Positions 54,218 to 64,000 of a DNA stretch of 64,000 nucleotides are shown here, piece by piece. The notes under the pieces were generated by a model. It worked only from the letters and a program-made list of their open reading frames with translations, was not told the origin of the DNA and made no database searches. Origin of the DNA: Octopus vulgaris (taxonomy: Eukaryota); NCBI GenBank assembly GCA_951406725.2, contig OX597836.1:23250001-23314000 (forward strand). Reading direction: 5' to 3'. How positions within the stretch are numbered: position 1 is the first letter of the stretch; each line of letters starts with the position of its first letter. The position numbers and the translations under genes are program-made.

Positions 54218-56681
54218 CCTGTCTTCAAATTCCATCGAGATCGACTCGTAGTTTTAAAGTACAAAGTCTCAATACATGTACTCTGCTCCAGCTTCCCAGT
54301 AACTCCTAGCAAAAGACGGATTGAACTAGCAAGGGTTAAATGTGTTGGTTAAGGGCATATGCTAGGAACATTTAGACAGGTTATAGACACATCCAGTACG
54401 CTTCACAATGCGTTATGTTAGACATCTTTTTCTGAAACATTATTCCAAGCATGTAACTGTGAGATGATTGCATTTCGACATCTGATGTATTAGTAACGTT
54501 ATTTCTGTGAAGGTTTTTACAACTCAACAATGTGGCCATAGACAAGCAAGCATCTGGAAAAAATAGAATTTGATGCATGTGTTAAACAAGTTCTGATTTA
54601 CAAAATTATGTTATAAGTAGTGAAACCATACCCTGAGACCGGTTTCGTCGCAGTTTGGATTACGAAACGAAAACGCTTAAAATTCATGCCTAGTAGATGT
54701 AATATTTTTTCATAAGTGAGCTAATAAGTATGCTTAAGACTTTGAAGTAGTTTACTTAGTCGCTAATTATAGAAAAGCAGGGGATCCACTCAATTGTGAT
54801 AGATTTCCTAAAGAAAGAAAAACAAAAAAAGACATGCCAGGCAAATTGTCTTTCTTCGTTGATGTTTATACTAGCTGTATACAGCGGATATCGTTTACGC
54901 CGAGGATATTCAGTCGTCATGTGATTAATCATGTCAAGAACAGAAATAGCAACTTGATGCATTGCACTTTTGTTCACAGTCATAAAAAGCTGTAGTGTAT
55001 GTTTTTTTGAAATGAACACTGAAATGTTGCTTTGCTCTCATTACCACATTTTTGAAGAGACACGGCAATGGAAGGTTGGTGAAGATAAATATTTCTTTTA
55101 TGAAGCGTGTCAAGACATTATAAGTCAATTAGGATATAAGTTAATAACAGCATGTCCTACCCTCATGAAAGGAAGCCTCTCTGCCAACGACCGCTTGCTC
55201 ATATTTTTAACATCTCAACATGATGCAGTCATTAGCTATTACCTCCCTCAACACTTGACTACCTCCTCCTCCTCTTCCTCCTCCTCCTCCTCCTCCCCTT
55301 CTCTTCTCCTCCCCCTCTCCTCTTGTTAACCTTCCATAGAAGCAGGCCTCCATGGGACTTGCTTTTCTATGTCAATCATTTGTAGTTTTGCAGGCTTGAG
55401 AAGTTCGGCGACAGTATTGTCATAAAACCTTTGGCCATTGTTTGTATGTGGATCTCTTCGTTAAGCAACCCGACAATGAACTGTATTTGTCACTGATATG
55501 CTTCGAGACATATCACAGTAGTAGCTTAGTATTGTCTTTCAGCTTAGCCATCAAAGCTTGCGGCCATGCTGGAGCACTGCACCGTTGCCACCATAGTAAC
55601 AGCCATGTTAGAGCCCTGCATAATAGCTAGCATAACTTATCGAGGAACCTTTTTGTGGTCACCAAGAAGATAACCTATCTGCTAAATCACTCCCAAGCCA
55701 TGCTGGAGCACTTCATTGTGTTCTTCCCTTTTTTTTAAAGACAGTGTAGTGTCTTTTTAGGAGAAATTTGACAGCTATTTTTAGCATGTTGGACAACAGT
55801 TTAAAGGTTCCTTCATTGGACTGTGTTGCTGATATTTTGCCAAACGAAATTCTGATGTGAAAAACACTAAATATCAACGGATCGTTATGAATAAGTATAT
55901 ACCTTGATAATCATCAATCTGTCTGTGTGTCTGGCTGTCTCCCCCCCCACATAGACATACCTTCATCCACCCACACACAAATAAAGGAAGAATAAGCAGT
56001 CTTGGGATAAAGATTGCTGTAATCAGTTCTTATGCTGAAGCAGGAAGTGGTTCTCAAGTATCTCATGAGACACAGGGCTATAAGATGATCGTGTGAGAAA
56101 TACTATAGACCACATGGTGAGTAGAGATGCTAATCATGTTATGTAATGCTCTCGACGAGTTCAGTTCTTCAACGATATTCTTCATCAGAGCTATTATAGC
56201 ATTGTTGAATATATTTCTCAAATGTAGATATTCTACTCGTTTCACAAGAAAACTCTATTAGTTGAAAATTCATTTTATGTTGCATCAAATTCAAGCGAAA
56301 CAGGCGCACGTTTTCTAAGGGATGTTAGAAAAGAAACATCAGCTCTATTGTGGAATTCAGGTTGCTCATTCGACACATACTAGACATCAGACATTTTGAT
56401 GTTTCTCTCGAACCTCACTCCCATCTCTCTCTTTCTCTCACTCCTTTCTCCTCTGAAAGCCAGCTTTCAAATTAACACTTGAGGCTGTTCGGTCTGATTG
56501 CCCTCCGCCCAAGTCTAAGCTAATATATATATATATAAATATATGAATGAGTGTGTATATGGGTATATATGTATACGTAAGTACCTGTATGCGCGCATGC
56601 GTGTGACTATAAATGCGTGTGCACCTGCGCGCACGTATGTGTTTGTTCATTTATATATATACATGTATATATATATAAAAA

Positions 56682-56915
56682 AGGCGGCGAGCTGGCAGAA
56701 ACGTTAGCACGCCGGGCGAAATGCGTAGCCGTATTTCGTCTGCCGCTACGTTCTGAGTTCAAATTCTGCCGAGGTCGACTTTGCCTTTCATCCTTTCGGG
56801 GGTCGATAAATTAAGTACCAGTTACGCACTGGGATCGATGTAATCGACTTGATCCGTTTGTTTGTCCTTGTTTGTGCCCTCTGTGTTTAGCCCCTTGTGG
56901 GTAGTAAAGAAATAT
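56682..56915 (+). mobile_element. SINE family A monomer
   Basis: complete head to GAAATA. Confidence 0.92.
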
Positions 56916-57107
56916 ATATATATATATATACATGTATGCGCACGCATATGCGTGTATGAATGCATTTACGGATGCGCGTGAGCTTGTATGTGTATATATG
57001 CATGTGTATTATTATAGAGTTTTATCTTGGCTACCGAATAATTGTCACATATTACATTTACAGATATATATATATATGTATGTATGTATGTATGTATAAA
57101 AAATATA

Positions 57108-57332
57108 TATAAAAATACAAAATGGGACAAGAACGCAAAACATTCAAATAGACGACACAAAAAACGGACGGGTCATTCGAAGCCTCTAATCTTCAGTCAA
57201 GAACCGGATCATCCTCGCAATTTCGGCTGATTAATCTTGAGATCGCGCCGATCCGGCCAGCCCCAAGGAAAAACTAAGCTACGAGCATTAGATTTCTTGG
57301 AAAAAGGATCGAATGTATACGAAACAAGGACA
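57108..57332 (-). mobile_element. short TA-flanked interspersed element, possibly a PLE pLTR fragment
   Basis: complex GC-richer island between TA-rich microsatellites; no in-window homologue confirmed. Confidence 0.35.
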
Positions 57333-57619
57333 TATATATATATATAAATAAAACTTAGATATGTTTCGAACAAAGATTGACCCAGGCCAATTACGCACAC
57401 ATGTAACTGGCACTTCGTAGGCTACGACTTCGGGTGTTCCAGTCGACCCGATCAACAGAAAAGCCCGCCCGTGAAATGAACGTGCAAGTGTTGATGACTG
57501 AAACAAGTAAATGACTGAAACAAGTAAAAGAGTAAAAGAGTATATAACTTTCAAATAGTGAGAGTGCTTATGATTGAGACAAACGGCACTGGGCAATCAG
57601 ATAAACGCTTATAGGTGTT

Positions 57620-58200
57620 TGATATCCTGTCACCAGCACTACATTGGTTCCATGGTTAAAACAGTATTTTCAGCCGTGCCTTCCGTGTCCAAATGGTATC
57701 AGTAATTTTTTTGTATATAGAAGCAACATTATCGCAAGGCATATCGTTGGCTTGTGCTGCTGAATTCAACCATTTCGATGAGTCTGGTGCCACTTGCTAT
57801 GGACAGGTATACTTTCCAAGCAGATATTATCTTCCATCTGCTTAAAGATACAAAAACTTGAGATAAATACAACAGTCGAATGGATCAGGGGAATCTGTAG
57901 AAGGGACGAAATAGTTTCTCTCCTTCAAGACGTAGCTTTGACTTTTGTAAATACAATAAAGATAGAACCATGACGAATTGTTCCTACACTAAATGGAAGG
58001 ACCTAACACTGATTTTTGTTTAATCTGTAACTAACTGTACTGAGGAATGTTTTAATGAATGAAAACCTATAATCAAGATAGTTGTAGGCTCTCCCATATA
58101 AATGAGCTGAGGGTGTTCTTCAAACGTGAGTTTTGCATCAGCTGATCCTCCCTACCAACATTAATCTTTTGTTTCTTATTAAACACGAGAATATCATTCT
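57620..58200 (+). pseudogene. possible highly decayed piggyBac-like transposase
   Basis: ordered weak motifs YIG..LKQYF, KWYQ*FFC, QVYF, RRSFDF...KWKD across frameshifts. Confidence 0.3.
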
Positions 58201-58546
58201 TATTGTATTTGCTTTGGTAGACGACATTCCATCAAAGATTGCCTTTTTTTCTTTTTCTTATATATTTATAATTCTATGGACACATTCAGAAATATTTTGG
58301 TGGTTTTGTGAAGACACTCCTTCGGCTGATGATATTGTAAACCTGCTCTGATAAGATCTTAATTATACAAAGGTAAGAAAGGTATGCACATTGCACTGGG
58401 TAAGGTTTTGGTGACCAGGATAAAAGAATGAAGTCGAACATCTTTCCATAAAATAGAATTACTGGTTAATGAGGGTAGTCGTGCTTTTTTTTTTAAATGC
58501 TGCAGAAAACGTGAGAAGAGATCGTAACAAGATTAATGTGTATTAA

Positions 58547-58766
58547 TATTGGTTCCAAATTTTGGCACGTGACCAGCAAATTCGGCGGGAAAGGGTAAGT
58601 CGATTACATCGACCCCAGTTTGCAACTGGTAATTGTTTTATCGACCCCAAAAGGATGAAAGGCAAAGTCGACCTGGGCGGAATTTGAACTCAGAACGTAA
58701 AGACAGACGAAATGCCGCTAAGCAATTTGTCTGGTATGATAACGTTTCTACCAGTTCGTCGCCTTC
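58547..58766 (-). mobile_element. SINE family A (alternative tail)
   Basis: atgtgtattaa occurs on both sides (TSD). Confidence 0.88.
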
Positions 58767-59616
58767 GATGTGTATTAAGATTACGTAAAAGCGTCTACGC
58801 ACGCACTGTATCCTTTCTTTGCTTTTTACCCCCATTACTATGATGGCTGGGCTCATAACCATTTCCCCTCAGATATTTCCGACCCACATATCTCCCTTCG
58901 CTCATCACACTTCTAATATCCTACCCCTACCCCAGTCTCCAAACCAACCACTACACTCAGTCCTTCCACCCACAAAACTTGCCCCACTGAAATTGTCTCT
59001 TTCCCATAGGTGTTGCCTTATAAAGATTCAGCACCACCATAAATGGCATCTTACCCACCTCGGAAAGCTAATTAAGAACACAGCCACTTCCCATTCTCCG
59101 AGAATGAAAAAAAAAACACCATAAATGTATATTATTGGCAAAATGACTTCCAAGACTGTTAAAACACTCAAATGTTGTGTTTTACGATAAAACGACGTTT
59201 CGAATGATTAAATATCGGCAACTCACGTGAATTTACGTCATTTGGCTCCAAGCCTATGATCTCAACTACTTGTCATTTAAAATTGTATTCAAAGTTTGTT
59301 TTCAGCAATGACTGATTTATTGGGTTGAACTGAGTGATAGAATTACTGATTTCCTTCTCTGTTACAAAACAAAAAATATGAAGTTCTCATTTTAGAAAAG
59401 CCATTCTAGTAATATTAGTTATAAATTACTTCGAAGTTGTAGGCATAAGTATTTTTATTCACCGCGAAGGAATGTTTTGGGTGGATAACCGTCTAAATTA
59501 AAATAGAAGTCAAGTTTAACAATATTGTAACAACTGAGTTTCTGACTGTATGTATAATGTGTGCAATATCCTGGTTGAATTCAGCCGAGTTCAGATTGAA
59601 ACCAGAGAAATGTAAA

Positions 59617-59780
59617 CAGGCGTGGCTGTGTGGCAAGAAGCTTGCTTCCCAACCACATGGTTACGAGTTCGGTCTCATTGCGTGGCACCTTGGGCAAATG
59701 TCTTCAGCTATAGCCTCGGGCTGACCAAAGTCTTGTGAATGGATTTTGGAGGCGGAAACGGAAATAATCCCATCATATAC

Positions 59781-59864
<84 letters not shown>

Positions 59865-60048
59865 CTCCTCTCTCCACGCCACCGATGTGGCACCAGTGAT
59901 GTCACAACTGATTTTTACAACTGTGTGAACTGGAGTGTCGTGAAATAAAGTGTCTTGCTCAAGAGCACAACACAGCCCGGTCAGGGAATCGAACTCAAAG
60001 TTTCACGATTGCAAGCCAGACGCTCTAACCACTGAGCCGTGCGCCTTC
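59617..60048. mobile_element. SINE B head (+) joined through (GT)n to SINE C 5' part (-)
   Basis: 59617-59780 matches the B head; 59863-60048 matches C. Confidence 0.8.
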
Positions 60049-60485
60049 CCCAATTGTTATAGAGTGACATCATTGTGAAACTGCCAAGTGATTGGTTATT
60101 TTGCAGTACCCAGATCAATTATTTCAGTAAAAAAAAAAATGCTTACAGCTGGAATCAGTTTAGCCATGTGGTGCTGACCTAGGGCTAAATAGAATCAACA
60201 ACAACAACACCAGGAGAGTGAAATACTAAAACTTTGGTGTTTTTATTTCGAGGGTTAAACCTGATATTTTTTCGTCATTTTCTTTTTCTCTTTTATTGCA
60301 ATTTTTTTTGTAGAATTTTTTTTGTAGAACATTCATACACACAAATTTCTTTTTGCATGTATGTGTGAATGTGTGAATGTATATACATATGTGTGCATGT
60401 ATGTATTCTTCCTTTCTTTCACAGAATGTTCTCCAGGAAAGAAATCTACCACTGACAGGTGGAGGTCGTTCCTTTGACACCCTCT

Positions 60486-60517
<32 letters not shown>

Positions 60518-61953
60518 CAGCTGTAGCAGCAGTGAGAGTAGCAACTTAATACCGTGTGATTCCATAATAAACACTTGAAGACGAAATCCAATCTTTCTCC
60601 TCCTACCCTTCTCCTCGTCGTCCTCTGCCTCCTCTTCCTGCTCCACCTCATCCCCGTTCTCGTCACCACCATCAGCATCATCACTGTCATCTTTGTCGCT
60701 GCCTTGGTGGTATAGCGATCATGATGTTCGTCTTCATCATCATCATCATCATCATAAATTATCATCTATCCTCCTCTTTTCATTCTTTCAAACTTTTCTT
60801 TCCTATTTTCGTTCTTCAGATATTCTTTCTCCCCCCCCCCTCGCTCTCTCTCTTTCTCAACTTTGATAAAACTCCCTCATCCATGTCTTCATTCTTCGAA
60901 GCATCCCCCATCCCCTCTCTCTCTCTTTTCATTCCTTCAGCTCCTTGCTCCTCTCTTTACTCTCTATTCCCCACCCCTCCGCTTAGTCCCCGCCACTCAC
61001 TTTCTTTCTTCCCCATTATTCTCTTAACATTTCTCCAGATATCTACCCAAACCTTCGCCAACTCCTGTATCTTCTTCCTTACCCTATTTTCTTTCTATCC
61101 CTCCTTATTAGTTGACATCCCCCGGCCCCTCCCCTTCTCCCCCAATATCTTTTTCTCATGTCCTTCATGAGAATACGCGTTCACTTTGATCTCAAACCGT
61201 CTCCTTTTCTTTATCCATGATGCAATGTCTCTGACTCTGTCCAATTAGTATTTTTCACTTCATGGTAGCCTTACCCTCACGCAGCCATTACAGCATTCCA
61301 CCCTCCACTATACTTGAAAATATTTCCTCTTTAAAAAGTATATTCAAAACATGCTATCAAGGACGAGTGTCACAAATTCACATTCTTTACTTTGTAGGCT
61401 GGGCTTTTATGATTTTATCATTGTAAATAATAAAAAGGAAGTTAGTGTCGTTACGCAAGGGATTTCATGGTGTGTGTTTGGGTGTGTGTGTGTGTTTGTG
61501 TAAAATCTAATTTATACATTCGATTGCATTCGAACGTGAAAAGACCTTCTACTGTCGTAGGAGAAAAATGTTCATTTTGGACATATGTATGTCATTATTC
61601 AGTTTATTTCAAGATTTCTTGCCAGTAGAGAAAGAACCGGTTTCTAACCTAGATCCAAGGCTCTTTCATTGCAATTTCAACATCAACAACAGGGTATTTT
61701 TGTACGTATGTATGTATGTATGCATGTATATTTGTATGTATGTGCAGATTTGTATGTCTTATGTATGTGTTCTCATGCATATAATTGCATATCTAGACAT
61801 GCTCATATATATCTAAATGATAAATTTCTGGAAAGTCTTGCATATTTTTACAGTTCCAGTGACGGATTGGATCTGTAGTCTTCGAATTAGCTTTCTCCTC
61901 TCTGGTTTTGAGAAGCCTAATTTCTCAAGATTGGTATTTAGGCAATGTGTTAC

Positions 61954-61984
<31 letters not shown>

Positions 61985-63098
61985 TGTATGTATGTATGTA
62001 TGTATGTATGTATGTATGTATGTATGTATGTATGTATGTATGTATGTATGTATGTATGTATTTACACCCACACTATATCAAAACGTGTAAAAGATAAGTG
62101 TGAACCGAATCCAATTTCTGGTTGCATTATGTCAGTTGAATGTTAGTAGTATGTGAGTATTGTGTCAGTTGAATAATTTCCCATATTTCTTCTTATTCTG
62201 GGCCATAATAATAGCATAGTAATATCATATGTTGATGAAGGCTTTTACTCGAGAATGTTTTAATTTTTCTCAAGGGTGGCGTGAGATCACAATTTAAGAG
62301 GCTATGATACAACCAGTTCCATTTTGTTTTGGACTCACCACCAGACTTAGCAGATATGAAACCTCTTATCTTCTCATCTTTCATTTAATTGGTTTGGTAA
62401 TCATATAAAGTAGAATTAATCTTCAAGTGGGATAAATCTACGAGCTACGTCCAACTGTTGGTTTCATTTCATTTCATGTAGAGGTACCGGGTGTTGCTTG
62501 GGTGTCAAATAAATATAGAAACCACCTTTTTTTAAAAATTAAATTTATATTACTAATTTCCTGAATAAAAAGAAAATGCAGCGATTATAGGCAAATTGTG
62601 TATTTGGTTAAAAAAATCATGTACTTTTTTCTGGATAAAGACAAAACAAAAAATGTAATTTAAAAATATTCTACGTAATCATAGTCTTTGTGTTCGAAAA
62701 TGAATCTGAAAAATATCATAAGAAATTTAAGAAAGGGGGGTGGGGGTGAGGAAACGATGCCAGTAGGTTTACGTGAGAAAGACGGTTCTAATAATGAAGA
62801 AAAGAGAAAAGGAAAGAATGTTTATAAATAACTGTTGTTGTTGTCATGGTGTTACTTTGTTGAACCCAAAGATATACATATGTCCTTGTCTCCGTGTCCG
62901 TGCTGAGCACGAGCATTCCAAATGGACACATATTACCCCAGGGAAATCTGAAATACTGTTTATTTTTCTCATTATTCTGGAATAATTTATGTAGGCAGAC
63001 TTCAGTAAAGATTCGTAGAGTAATTGTGCGATTTTTCTGGATAAACAGAAAAGATCGATGCTAATCGAGACACATCAAGTCACAAAGGGCAAAAACAT

Positions 63099-63686
63099 TT
63101 GCTAGTTTACTTGGATCTCTCTAGTTTCGCTCACAGATTTTAAAATTATTTTTTTAATTAAACAGTTTGAAACTTCATATACTGGTGTAATTTCTCAGCT
63201 GAACACGGTTTACTTTCAACATTTTTGACAAAATTTTATATTTTAGAAGCTGTTTTTCTTTTACTTTTTGATCGATCACCTCTTTGTACGAATGGTGAAA
63301 AGGCAAATGTACAAAGAGGCGATCGAAGAGCAAAAACAACAGCAAAAAAACAAAAAAGCGTGTAATATGCAACAAACAAAATAAAATAAAACAGTGGTGA
63401 CATTTAGTCGAGATGCCCGGAAGTTGTTGCTTTTCGATTACTATCACATATAGCAGTGCCTTTCTTCAGCTGAATACACGTCGCTGGTTGGTCAAAATTA
63501 TCCAAATACGACAAATTTAACACGAAATAACTTCTAAAATACGAAATTTTGTCAAAAATGTTGAAAGTACATCGTGTTCAGCGTGAGAAATTACACCTGT
63601 GTACGAAGTCTCAAACTGTTTAGTTAAAAAAAAAATACGTTAAAAAATCTGTGAGCGAAACTGAAGAGATCCGTTTACTTTAGCAA
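63099..63686. mobile_element. MITE with ~150-bp terminal inverted repeats
   Basis: 63099-63250 is largely the reverse complement of 63530-63686 (e.g. gtttcgctcacagatttt; tactttcaacatttttgacaaaattt). Confidence 0.8.
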
Positions 63687-64000
63687 GCTCTGTAACTTAG
63701 AAACAAACTATCGACTTGGCATGTCACCTTCTCTATATCATTAACGCACACACGAAACACATGAGCGATGTAACATAAGCTGAGGAAATACAGGTGAATC
63801 TGTCATGCGTTAAGAACTGATTCTGTCAGTAAAGAATGGTTTTAGAGTATTGGCGGGGCGAAGCTTTTCCGATTGACCTCCAGGGTCATGAAATCTGCGC
63901 TACATAAGTATAATATTTCATTGACAACAAAATGTTATCAAATCAGAGAAAGCACGGGGAGTGAACTTTTACAAAATAGAGGAATGAAATATGAAGTATC

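Noticed and set aside
54340-55130. Possible piggyBac C-terminal remnant or host exon (ORFs 54756-55019 and 54970-55329)
   Set aside because: No convincing motif series or splice boundaries.
62478-62506. Helitron-like 3' hairpin on the minus strand
   Set aside because: CTAG terminus is not intact and the matching 5' end could not be located.

Overview
AT-rich, repeat-dominated eukaryotic DNA, very probably octopus (Octopus sp.), judged from recognisable octopod tRNA-derived SINE families and extreme microsatellite density. I cannot support any host protein-coding gene; the window looks intronic or intergenic, with only a few isolated splice-like micro-exon candidates. Almost all listed ORFs are microsatellite or SINE artefacts. 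Real coding-type signal is all from transposons: a young 5'-truncated RTE LINE with an open frame (49.8-50.55 kb), an older RTE 3' end, an L1/Tx1 3' end, two decayed Penelope-like (PLE) elements on the minus strand and a Helitron helicase remnant. There are also non-autonomous Helitrons, several MITE/foldback elements and four or more SINE families (labelled A-D here; these are my labels). Two observations stand out. (1) A family of short (TA)n-embedded elements carries minimal type-I hammerhead ribozyme motifs, including a tandem pair just downstream of the young RTE. (2) SINE family A recurs as head-less tandem multimers (2-5 units) inside single target-site duplications, joined mostly at the same self-complementary junction GAAATA-NN-TATTTC. 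All alignments and translations were done by eye, and coordinates of decayed elements are approximate.
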